64,000 bases of DNA from an uncultured Bacteroidota bacterium (GTDB lineage Bacteria > Bacteroidota > Bacteroidia > JABEUT01). Below the pieces are notes generated by a model. The model searched no databases. It had not been told where the DNA came from and worked only from the letters and a program-made list of their open reading frames with translations. The stretch is taken from positions 2,229 through 66,228 of the forward strand of contig CAIWVW010000090.1 of NCBI GenBank assembly GCA_903916255.1. Reading direction: 5' to 3'. Shown piece by piece: positions 47,396-55,941 of this stretch. Each line of letters begins with the position of its first letter. The stretch's first letter is position 1. The position numbers and the translations under genes are program-made.

Positions 47396-49369
47396 TTATT
47401 TGGTAACTTCTTCACAATATACTTTTATGATAAGGTATGCCTGGGTAAGACCCAGTTCTCCCGCTTTGCCAAAATCTTGGCAGGCATTCATTTTATAGTT
47501 TTCAATATAAAGCAATAAACCCCTGTTGTAATAGGCGTCGGCAAATTGCGGATTAATTTGAACCGCATAATTATAGTCGGCAATGGCTCCGTCGAAATCT
47601 TGCAATTTATATTTTACATAGGCCCTGTTATAATAGGCATAGGCAAAATCAGGTTCCATCTGAATAACTTTACTGAAATCTGTCAGCGCTTTTTTATAGT
47701 TTTCATTGACAGGAGTATTCACTGCGCGGAAAGTTTTGTTTATATAAGTTTCTTGCTCATTATTATTCAGATTCCCCGCTATTTCTATTTCTTTGCAAAT
47801 GTCGATTCCGAGGGCAAAGTAGGCTATTGCACAGGTAGAATCGTGTTTAATAATTTCTGAATAATCATTGGCTGCGGCTCTGAATAATTGCATGCTTGTT
47901 TCCTGCAAGGCCTTTTCCAGCAAGGCATCCGCTTGTTTCGCACTATCTTTTCGGCCCTCTGTCTTCAGTTGGACAGAACCGCTTTCTTCAAGTTTTGCTT
48001 TTGAATTTGTTAAGCATAAGCGCAGGTATTCTTTATTGCTTTTCTTTAGCAGCACCGGATTGCAGACTGCCTTTCCCTGTCCGCTATTTTTTAACGTCAA
48101 ATAATAGACAGGCATCAAATCGATATTAGCGGTATCCGGCAGTTTTTGATTCCCGCCGTTAAAATTGGCATTTAAAGCCAGCATGTGCATGAGCGTAGTA
48201 GAGTCATTAGCCGCTTGAAACGAGTTTCTCGTAAGACTAAGTTCGGTCATTATTTTGCCCAACTTATAGTCCTCTTTTGCTCCTGCATTATCGTTCATTG
48301 CCTCTTTTAACTTAGCCCTGTCATAATAGGTTTCAACTAAATAGGGAAACAAATCTATAGCCGTAGTATAGTCGCTTAAAGCACCTTTGAAGTCGTTTAA
48401 CCGGGTTTTAATTTTCGCCCTGTTAAGAAGAGCCTGTATATTTTTCGGATTTAAAGTAACAACCTTATCGAAATCAGCGAGGGCATCCGTATAATCGTTT
48501 TTTTGCGCCTCAAGTACACCTCTGTTAAAATACGCTAGGGCATTCATAGGGTCTATATCTATAACCTTATTAAAATCTTCCATGGCTTTTTTATCGTCAT
48601 TTAATTTTAAATATGCCTCGGCCATGTAATAATAAGCAAGTGTAGAGGATGAATCTATTTTCAAGGCCAGCGTATATTGCGCTATTGCTTCTTTATATTT
48701 GCCAAGGGTATCATCAGTAATTCCTGTCCGAATATATATATCGATATCTTTCGGATTGAGTTTACGTGCAATGGCGTAGTTTATCAGTGCGCTGTCAAAC
48801 TTATTAATCCCATTTTCAGCCATGCCTTTGCATAGGTATAAGTTTTCTTGTCCATAATTCAGGCGCAATGCTGTGTTACAATCACTTATTACTGCCGTAA
48901 AATTTTGCAGGGATAGCTCGAAAAAAGCCCTTTGCACATACAATTCACCGGAAGCCTGAGCCTGTTCCTGCTCCCATCCGATAACACGATTTATATCATT
49001 AATAGCTCCCTCAAAGTCGCCCAAGCGATAGCGAATAAGGCTTCTGTAATGATAAGCATCATACAGCAACGGGTCGAACATGGAAACGGCACTTGTAAGG
49101 TCCTGTTCGGCGCCAAGGTTGTCATTCAGGTAATACTTGCACAAGCCTCGGTAAAAATAGGCCACATATTCACCGGGTTTCACAGCAATGCAGAGGTCAA
49201 GTTTCTGCATAGCGTCGTAATACTTCTTATTCGATAAGTCTTTCCTGGCCTCTTCAAGATAGACATTCACATTCAGTTGTGCCCATGCGTGGATGGTAAA
49301 AGCAAAATAAAAAGCAACAGTGAGCAGTAACTTAAATAATTTCATCAAAGACATCGCTAAAACACACAA
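47396..49369 (-). CDS. Secreted tetratricopeptide-repeat protein
   Basis: Signal peptide followed by about 15 TPR units with the (A/S)YYNRG...A..D(F/Y) pattern throughout. Confidence 0.6.
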   Translation of the reverse strand: MCVLAMSLMKLFKLLLTVAFYFAFTIHAWAQLNVNVYLEEARKDLSNKKYYDAMQKLDLCIAVKPGEYVAYFYRGLCKYYLNDNLGAEQDLTSAVSMFDPLLYDAYHYRSLIRYRLGDFEGAINDINRVIGWEQEQAQASGELYVQRAFFELSLQNFTAVISDCNTALRLNYGQENLYLCKGMAENGINKFDSALINYAIARKLNPKDIDIYIRTGITDDTLGKYKEAIAQYTLALKIDSSSTLAYYYMAEAYLKLNDDKKAMEDFNKVIDIDPMNALAYFNRGVLEAQKNDYTDALADFDKVVTLNPKNIQALLNRAKIKTRLNDFKGALSDYTTAIDLFPYLVETYYDRAKLKEAMNDNAGAKEDYKLGKIMTELSLTRNSFQAANDSTTLMHMLALNANFNGGNQKLPDTANIDLMPVYYLTLKNSGQGKAVCNPVLLKKSNKEYLRLCLTNSKAKLEESGSVQLKTEGRKDSAKQADALLEKALQETSMQLFRAAANDYSEIIKHDSTCAIAYFALGIDICKEIEIAGNLNNNEQETYINKTFRAVNTPVNENYKKALTDFSKVIQMEPDFAYAYYNRAYVKYKLQDFDGAIADYNYAVQINPQFADAYYNRGLLLYIENYKMNACQDFGKAGELGLTQAYLIIKVYCEEVTK

Positions 49370-49383
49370 AATTACGGTTTACA

Positions 49384-49403
49384 GACTTATCTATTGATAA
49401 GTC
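49384..49403. promoter_or_regulatory. 20-bp palindrome gacttatc-tatt-gataagtc in the divergent TPR-gene/era promoter region
   Basis: Seen directly. Confidence 0.3.
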
Positions 49404-49482
49404 AGACATTGGACGATAAATCCCAATCGTTTATTTCTATTCCGTTCGCCGCCTGAGATTATAGATTACTTTTGCAGGCTGA

Positions 49483-50367
49483 ATGGAAAATAAAAAACAT
49501 AAATCGGGTTGGGTAAGTGTGGTTGGAAGCCCTAATGTGGGGAAATCTACGCTTGTGAATGAATTGGTGGGCGAGAAGCTATCTATTGTTACCAATAAGC
49601 CTCAAACTACCCGCCATCGTATTACGGCAATATGCAATGGGGATGACTATCAGATGGTGTTTTCCGATACACCCGGGGTGCTAAGGCCAACCTATAAAAT
49701 GCAGGAGGCTATGATGAAAAGGGTAGGGGAAGCGCTTGAGGATGCGGATATTATTATGGCCGTTATAGATGTAAATGAAAAATATTTCCCGCAGGAATTG
49801 TTTGAAAAGTTGAAAAGAACGAAACTGCCGACCATAGTTGTGCTTAATAAACTTGACCTTGGCGAACAAGAGGACGTTGCCCGGAAACTGACCTTACTGA
49901 ACGAACAGATAAAACCAACCAGTATCATTGCTACTTCAGCAACCCATAATTTCAACATTAAGGAGTTAAAAGAACTCTTAATCAAGCACCTTCCGGAAGG
50001 TGAGCCATATTACCCGAAAGACCAGATTTCTGATTTGCCGGAGAAATTTTTTGTGGCTGAAATTTTGCGCGAGAAAATATTGATGTATTACCAGCAGGAG
50101 ATTCCGTATTCCGTAGAGGTCGTTACAACTGACTTCGTTGAAACTGAAAAGCTGATACGAATTCGTTGTGAAATATTTGTAAACAGGCATACACAAAAAG
50201 CTATCATAATCGGCAAAGCCGGAGCAGCCCTTAAAAGAACCGCCACCGCTGCCCGCCACGACCTTGAAAAATGGCTGAACGCAAAAGTATTTTTAGAAGT
50301 GGATGTAAAAGTGAAAAAAGATTGGCGCGATAATGATATGCACTTAAAGAATTTCGGTTATTTATAA
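49483..50367 (+). CDS. era: GTPase Era
   Basis: G1 GSPNVGKST, G3 DTPG, G4 NKLD, and a C-terminal KH domain. Confidence 0.9.
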   Translation: MENKKHKSGWVSVVGSPNVGKSTLVNELVGEKLSIVTNKPQTTRHRITAICNGDDYQMVFSDTPGVLRPTYKMQEAMMKRVGEALEDADIIMAVIDVNEKYFPQELFEKLKRTKLPTIVVLNKLDLGEQEDVARKLTLLNEQIKPTSIIATSATHNFNIKELKELLIKHLPEGEPYYPKDQISDLPEKFFVAEILREKILMYYQQEIPYSVEVVTTDFVETEKLIRIRCEIFVNRHTQKAIIIGKAGAALKRTATAARHDLEKWLNAKVFLEVDVKVKKDWRDNDMHLKNFGYL

Positions 50368-50371
50368 AAAC

Positions 50372-50440
50372 AATGCTAAATTGTTAATTGAAATGCTAAA
50401 TGAAATTCATTCACAATTTACAATTCACAATTTACAATTA
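50372..50440. repeat. Element A (about 68 bp) immediately upstream of the der start; inverted copy at 53171..53240
   Basis: aatgctaaattgttaattgaaatgctaaatgaaattcattcacaatttacaattcacaatttacaatta. It contains a 14-bp tandem direct repeat (tcacaatttacaat) x2. Confidence 0.7.
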
Positions 50441-50447
50441 GAAAAAG

Positions 50448-51770
50448 ATGTCAAGAATAGCAGCAATAGTAGGAAGGCCCAATGTAGGTAAATCGACCCT
50501 GTTCAACAGGCTTACGGAAACCCGTGAAGCGATTGAAGACCCGACCAGCGGTGTTACCCGAGACCGTCATTATGGCCGTGTGGAATGGAATGGTGAAAAT
50601 TTCACATTAATAGATACCGGAGGCTATGTGCATGGCAGCGATGATGTGTTTGAGGCCAGCATCCGAAACCAGGTACAGTTGGCTATTGATGAAGCAGACC
50701 TTATCATATTTGTGTTAGATGCTATGGAGGGCATTACGGGTGCCGATGAAATGGTTGCCGATATGCTGCGCAAATCTAAAAAGCAATTTAAAGACAAAAA
50801 AATATTGGTAGTGGGCAATAAAGCCGACACCCACGAAAGGGCGCACATGACCTCTGAATTTTATGCGTTGGGACTGGGAGAAGTATATCCCATTTCTGCT
50901 GTGAGTGGCGGAGGTACAGGCGAATTACTTGATGAAATTATTACCATATTCAAATCGGAGAAAGATGAATTCTACCCTGAAGGGTTACCAAGGATAGCTG
51001 TTGTGGGTAGGCCGAATGTGGGCAAATCATCCTTTATTAATGCACTAACAGGGGAGGAAAGAACCATTGTTACCGATATTGCAGGAACCACCCGCGATGC
51101 TATCGATTTACGTTTCACTAAATTCGGATATGACATACTTTTAGTAGATACAGCAGGGCTTCGCAAAAAGAGCAAAGAGAAAGAAGACGTTGAATTTTAT
51201 TCAGTATTACGTAGTGTTAGGGCAATTGAGCGTTCTGACATTTGTATATTGATTTTAGATGCCGAACAAGGCTTTGAAGCCCAGGATATGGCAATATTCA
51301 GTTTAGCGGTTAGTAACCACAAAGGGGTTGTAGTGGTGGTAAACAAATGGGATTTGGTTGAAAAAACAAACCAAACTACCGGCTATTTCACCGACTTTAT
51401 TCAGCTAAAACTGGCTCCTTTTAGCGATGTACCAATTGTTTTTACCTCAGTACACGAAAAGCAAAGGGTATTAAAAGTATTGGAAACAGCTATGCAGGTG
51501 TATAAGAACCGCAGCCAAAAAATTGCGACTTCCAAGTTGAATGATATTATGCTGCCCATTATTGAAGAGACTCCCCCTCCGGCAATCAAGACTAGGTATG
51601 TAAAAATGAAATATATCACGCAACTGCCAACGCCATTCCCGGCGTTTGCCATATTTTGTAACCACCCGCAATATGTGCAGGAATCATATAAACGCTTTTT
51701 GGAAAACCAACTGCGTGAAAAGTTTGAACTAAGCGGAACACCTATCGAGATTTTCTTTAGGCAGAAGTAA
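50448..51770 (+). CDS. der: Ribosome-biogenesis GTPase Der (EngA), two GTPase domains plus KH-like domain
   Basis: G1 motifs GRPNVGKST occur twice (aa 9 and about 187). The G4 motifs are NKAD and NKWD. Confidence 0.9.
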   Translation: MSRIAAIVGRPNVGKSTLFNRLTETREAIEDPTSGVTRDRHYGRVEWNGENFTLIDTGGYVHGSDDVFEASIRNQVQLAIDEADLIIFVLDAMEGITGADEMVADMLRKSKKQFKDKKILVVGNKADTHERAHMTSEFYALGLGEVYPISAVSGGGTGELLDEIITIFKSEKDEFYPEGLPRIAVVGRPNVGKSSFINALTGEERTIVTDIAGTTRDAIDLRFTKFGYDILLVDTAGLRKKSKEKEDVEFYSVLRSVRAIERSDICILILDAEQGFEAQDMAIFSLAVSNHKGVVVVVNKWDLVEKTNQTTGYFTDFIQLKLAPFSDVPIVFTSVHEKQRVLKVLETAMQVYKNRSQKIATSKLNDIMLPIIEETPPPAIKTRYVKMKYITQLPTPFPAFAIFCNHPQYVQESYKRFLENQLREKFELSGTPIEIFFRQK

Positions 51771-51793
51771 GGCACGGAAAACGATGCTATTTA

Positions 51794-52360
51794 CTAAGGT
51801 CTGATTAATTTATAGCTATTTAACAGGTTATCTATTTTACCACCTATCATAAATCGATAAACATTTCCTGATTTAATGAACCAACCTAGGTGTCCTCGCT
51901 GTTTTATGACCCTCCCTTTTGAGTCGAACTGATTAAATTGAAGAGGTGGTGAAATACACAATCTTTCATAGATAGCTCCATTTCTTATATAATCAAGTTC
52001 TATTCGAACTTCAGTTGCTGGATTATTTTGGAAGGTATCTTTTGTAAAGTTTAGAGTATCGCTAAATAAAATGCAAATATCATGTATTTTTTTTTGATTT
52101 TTTTCTATATAGACATCTGCGTCTGTATGTTTTCCTACCTCTCCACATTGAACCCCAACTAGATAATTCTTTGACAAGCCAAGTGAATATATATCAACCT
52201 CATCTGGATAATGAGGTGTGTTTTTATTTTGAAAAATTGAGCATCCTGTTAAGTAGAAAATAATGCTTATACTAATAAGCATTCTTATTTTAATTCTTTT
52301 TAGAATAATGAAACTACTTGAAGTAGTATGCTCTCGTGATATGTTATTTGGCAAACCCAA
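51794..52360 (-). CDS. Hypothetical lipoprotein, about 33% GC (well below the flanks)
   Basis: The probable true start is the internal MLISISIIFYLTGCS (lipobox). There is no recognisable family. The ORF-track version overlaps the pyrF 3' end by 17 bp. Confidence 0.35.
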   Translation of the reverse strand: MGLPNNISREHTTSSSFIILKRIKIRMLISISIIFYLTGCSIFQNKNTPHYPDEVDIYSLGLSKNYLVGVQCGEVGKHTDADVYIEKNQKKIHDICILFSDTLNFTKDTFQNNPATEVRIELDYIRNGAIYERLCISPPLQFNQFDSKGRVIKQRGHLGWFIKSGNVYRFMIGGKIDNLLNSYKLIRP

Positions 52361-53165
52361 AATCCATGCTCAATTTGAGGTTCATGGCTTCTTCACGCGC
52401 TTTGGCTGCAAAGTCTTTTTCATTTCCCGCGTATAGTATACTGCGGGATGCATTAATCAATAGCCTTCCGTCTTTGGTGGCTCCTGCTTTTATCACTTCT
52501 TCCATATCTCCGCCTTGCGAACCAACACCGGGAACTAATAAGAAATGGTCAGGTATTATTTTACGGATACTAGTTAAGGCCTCCGCTTTTGTTGCGCCTA
52601 CCACATACATCATATTTTCCTTATTTCCCCAGTCTTTTGATGTTTCAAACACATGTTCATAAAGGGCTTTTCCGTCTTTCATCTTCTGCAGTTGAAAGTC
52701 TTTAGCGCCTTCATTAGAGGTAAGCCCCAATAATATTGACCATTTGCCTTTATGTTCCAGGTAAGGTGTGATGGAATCCTTGCCCATATAGGGTGATAAA
52801 GTAATAGCATGAACATCCAAATCATCAAAGAATGCTTTGGCATACATGGCAGAAGTATTTCCTATATCGCCACGTTTTGCATCTGCTATTATCAAAATAT
52901 CCTTTGGAATAAGTTCAATAGTTTGACGGAGAATATCCCAACCTTTAGCGCCCATAGCTTCATAAAACGCAATGTTCAATTTATAAGCCACACAAAGGTC
53001 ATGCGTAGCTTCAATTATCTGCCTGTTAAAACTGATAACCGCAACAGGGGTCTTTGCAAAGTGGGTTGGCAGTTTATCAATGTCGGTATCAAGCCCTACG
53101 CAAAGGAAGGACTTTTTCTTTTTTACTTGTATGTCAAGTTCCTTTAGGGGAAGAATTCTACTCAT
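52344..53165 (-). CDS. pyrF: Orotidine-5'-phosphate decarboxylase (long, type 2 form)
   Basis: ...SFLCVGLDTDIDKLP...ADAKRGDIGNTSAMYA... The roughly 273 aa length matches type-2 PyrF. Confidence 0.85.
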   Translation of the reverse strand: MSRILPLKELDIQVKKKKSFLCVGLDTDIDKLPTHFAKTPVAVISFNRQIIEATHDLCVAYKLNIAFYEAMGAKGWDILRQTIELIPKDILIIADAKRGDIGNTSAMYAKAFFDDLDVHAITLSPYMGKDSITPYLEHKGKWSILLGLTSNEGAKDFQLQKMKDGKALYEHVFETSKDWGNKENMMYVVGATKAEALTSIRKIIPDHFLLVPGVGSQGGDMEEVIKAGATKDGRLLINASRSILYAGNEKDFAAKAREEAMNLKLSMDFGFAK

Positions 53166-53170
53166 TTCTT

Positions 53171-53240
53171 TAATTGTAAATTGTGAATTGTAAATTGTGA
53201 ATGAATTTCATTTACCATTTAGCATTTACAATTAAGCATT
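53171..53240. repeat. Element B, the inverted copy of 50372..50440, immediately upstream of the pyrF start on the minus strand
   Basis: Reverse complement reads aatgcttaattgtaaatgctaaatggtaaatgaaattcattcacaatttacaattcacaatttacaatta. The last about 45 nt are identical to element A, with a 6-nt indel. Confidence 0.7.
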
Positions 53241-54311
53241 AACCGAATATCCCTCCTGGAGGCGTTGTGCATTTTCGGCTAATTGAATGGCTTCTATCAA
53301 GTCCTGTATATCACCTTCCATAAAGGCTGGCAGGTTATGTGCCGTAAATCCTATACGGTGGTCGGTTATACGGCTTTGCGGAAAGTTATATGTCCTGATT
53401 TTCTCGGAACGGTCACCACCTGCAACAAGAGTTTTACGCTTGGCAGCATTGGCGCTGTTGCGCTTTTCCATCTGCATTTCATACATGCGGCTACGCAATA
53501 CAGTCATAGCCTTATCCATGTTTTTTATCTGTGAACGCTCATCCTGGCATTGTACTACTAAACCCGTTGGGATGTGCGTTATTCTCACGGCAGACTTGGT
53601 AGTATTTACCGATTGTCCGCCTTTTCCGCCTGAACAGAAGGTATCTTTACGTAAATCTGATTCCTTGATTTCCACATCCAGTTCATCGGCTTCCGGCATA
53701 ACAATTACAGTTGCGGCAGAAGTATGCACACGTCCCTGTGTTTCGGTAGCAGGCACCCGTTGCACACGGTGTACGCCCGATTCATATTTCAAGGTTCCAT
53801 AAACATTCTCGCCATGGACTTCAAAAACAACCTCTTTATATCCACCCATTGTACCTTCGGAATGGTCAACTATTTCTAATTTCCAGCCTTTTATTTCGCA
53901 ATAGCGGAGATACATATTGAACAACTCACCGGCAAAAAGAGATGCTTCATCGCCACCGGTTCCGGCACGGATTTCAACCACCACATCTTTTGCATCTTCA
54001 GGGTCTTTGGGTACTAACATCACACGGATATCTTCATCCAACTTATCCAGTATGGGCTGAAGTTCTTCCATTTCAGCCTTCGCCATTTCCCTTATTTCCT
54101 CATCCTTTTCCTTATACAGCATGTCTTTGGCATTCTGTATGTTGGAGGTGAGGTTCCGATACTCGATATAGGCATTATGAATCTTGGTCAGTTCCTTATA
54201 TTCCTTGTTGAGTTTGGCAAACTTCTTTATATCCGACAAAGCGTCGGGTTCTGAAAGCTGCCTTTCAATCTCGACATATCGTTCTTCTATGGCTTCTAAT
54301 TTATCTAACAT
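53232..54311 (-). CDS. prfA: Peptide chain release factor 1
   Basis: GGQ motif (SGGKGGQSVNTT) and PAT tripeptide (RVPATETQGRVHTSAATV), which is specific to RF1. Confidence 0.9.
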   Translation of the reverse strand: MLDKLEAIEERYVEIERQLSEPDALSDIKKFAKLNKEYKELTKIHNAYIEYRNLTSNIQNAKDMLYKEKDEEIREMAKAEMEELQPILDKLDEDIRVMLVPKDPEDAKDVVVEIRAGTGGDEASLFAGELFNMYLRYCEIKGWKLEIVDHSEGTMGGYKEVVFEVHGENVYGTLKYESGVHRVQRVPATETQGRVHTSAATVIVMPEADELDVEIKESDLRKDTFCSGGKGGQSVNTTKSAVRITHIPTGLVVQCQDERSQIKNMDKAMTVLRSRMYEMQMEKRNSANAAKRKTLVAGGDRSEKIRTYNFPQSRITDHRIGFTAHNLPAFMEGDIQDLIEAIQLAENAQRLQEGYSVNA

Positions 54312-54364
54312 GGCGCAAAGATAGGCAAAATGCGGGTAATAACTATGGGCATCTGCTATGACGT

Positions 54365-54670
54365 ATGAACGAGTTATTAACGCTAATTGAAGGAATGAAT
54401 TATATTTGTAAGACCATGAACAATATTCTCGATTTCTTACAAAAATTACTTGGCAAATACAGCGATTTTAAACATTTTACCGTTAGCTGGTTTGTTTATC
54501 TGGCATGGGCTCCCTGCATATTATGGGGGCTGTATGACGGAATGCTTTATATACTTGGAAAAGATAAAAGTGACGAAAACCTTACTAACTTTTACATCCG
54601 CACCGGAGTGGGTTGTATATTGTTCCTTATCTGGTTTTTCTTGCTGCGTTCAAAAGGGAAAAGAAATTAA
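54365..54670 (+). CDS. Hypothetical small membrane protein
   Basis: 101 aa with two hydrophobic helices. Weak coding evidence. Confidence 0.25.
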   Translation: MNELLTLIEGMNYICKTMNNILDFLQKLLGKYSDFKHFTVSWFVYLAWAPCILWGLYDGMLYILGKDKSDENLTNFYIRTGVGCILFLIWFFLLRSKGKRN

Positions 54671-54692
54671 ATAATTGCTATTAAGGTTATAA

Positions 54693-55889
54693 CTAATACT
54701 CAAACGTCCCTTTCTCGCTTGAAATAGTAAGCTTTTTGCCGTTATGGGCTTTTACATGGCCAACAACCTTAGCTTCAATCATGTATTTATGGGAAATGTC
54801 AATGATATTTTTTGCTGCTTCCGCATTTACGTATAGTTCAATGCGGTGGCCCATATTGAACACACGGTACATTTCGGAGAAATCGGCACCCGAATTTTCA
54901 TGTATAATTTGAAAAACGGGAGGGATATTAAACAGGTTATCTTTAATGATATGCAGGTTATCTACAAAATGCAGCACTTTGGTTTGCCCTCCGCCAGTGC
55001 AATGTATTACCCCATGAATATGGTTTCTATACCCTCTCAAAATCTCCTGCATCACCGGGAAATAGGTGCGGGTAGGTGATAGGAGTAGCTTCCCGATATT
55101 TGTAAGGTATTGTTTGCCGTTCCAGTTTACAGCTATCTCTTCTGTCAGTTTCCGTTTGCCGTTATAAACCACTTCATCGGGTATCAGTGGATTATAGGAT
55201 TCAGGATAGGAAGTATAGGAATGTTCCAGCGTATCATGCCTTGCAGAAGTTAAGCCATTGCTGGCAATGCCGCTATTGTATGTTTCTTCGTAAGTGGCTT
55301 GTCCGTATGATGCCAAACCGACTATCACATCACCAGGCTGTATTTTATCGTTGGAAATAACTGTATTCCTTCGCATACGGCATACAATGGATGAATCTAC
55401 AATTATGGTTCTTACCAAATCGCCTACATCGGCTGTTTCCCCGCCTGTGGATATGATATTTATCCCAAACATACGAAGTCTCGATAAAAACTCTTCCGTA
55501 CCATGGATAAGCCCGGAAATAACTTCCCCGGGTATCAATAACTTATTCCGCCCGATAGAGGAGGAGAGCAGCATATTATCGGTAGCTCCCGCACAAAGCA
55601 AGTCATCGGTATTCATTACTATGGAATCCTGGGATATACCTTTCCATACGGAGTCATCACCTGTTTCTTTCCAATAAATATAAGCTAATGAACTTTTGGT
55701 TCCTGCACCATCGGCGTGCATAATGAGACAATAGTCATCATCCCCTGAAAGATAATCGGGAATTACCTTGCAAAAGGCTTTTGGAAACAGCCCTTTATCT
55801 ATATTGGAAATGGCTTTATGCACATCTTCCTTGGCTGATGAAACTCCGCGCTTGTTGTATGAATCGCTCATTGGGTCTTTTCTAAACAA
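54693..55889 (-). CDS. AIR-synthase-related protein (PurM-like; probable phosphoribosylformylglycinamidine cyclo-ligase of the Bacteroidota type)
   Basis: PurM-fold motifs ...IMHADGAGTKS... and GGET.DVGDLV. The length (about 390 aa) matches Bacteroidota purM-like genes. The start is probably the internal MSDSYN. Confidence 0.55.
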   Translation of the reverse strand: MFRKDPMSDSYNKRGVSSAKEDVHKAISNIDKGLFPKAFCKVIPDYLSGDDDYCLIMHADGAGTKSSLAYIYWKETGDDSVWKGISQDSIVMNTDDLLCAGATDNMLLSSSIGRNKLLIPGEVISGLIHGTEEFLSRLRMFGINIISTGGETADVGDLVRTIIVDSSIVCRMRRNTVISNDKIQPGDVIVGLASYGQATYEETYNSGIASNGLTSARHDTLEHSYTSYPESYNPLIPDEVVYNGKRKLTEEIAVNWNGKQYLTNIGKLLLSPTRTYFPVMQEILRGYRNHIHGVIHCTGGGQTKVLHFVDNLHIIKDNLFNIPPVFQIIHENSGADFSEMYRVFNMGHRIELYVNAEAAKNIIDISHKYMIEAKVVGHVKAHNGKKLTISSEKGTFEY

Positions 55890-55941
55890 AACATCCCGAT
55901 ATACTATACCGGGATGTTTCTAGTATCAAATATAAAATCTG

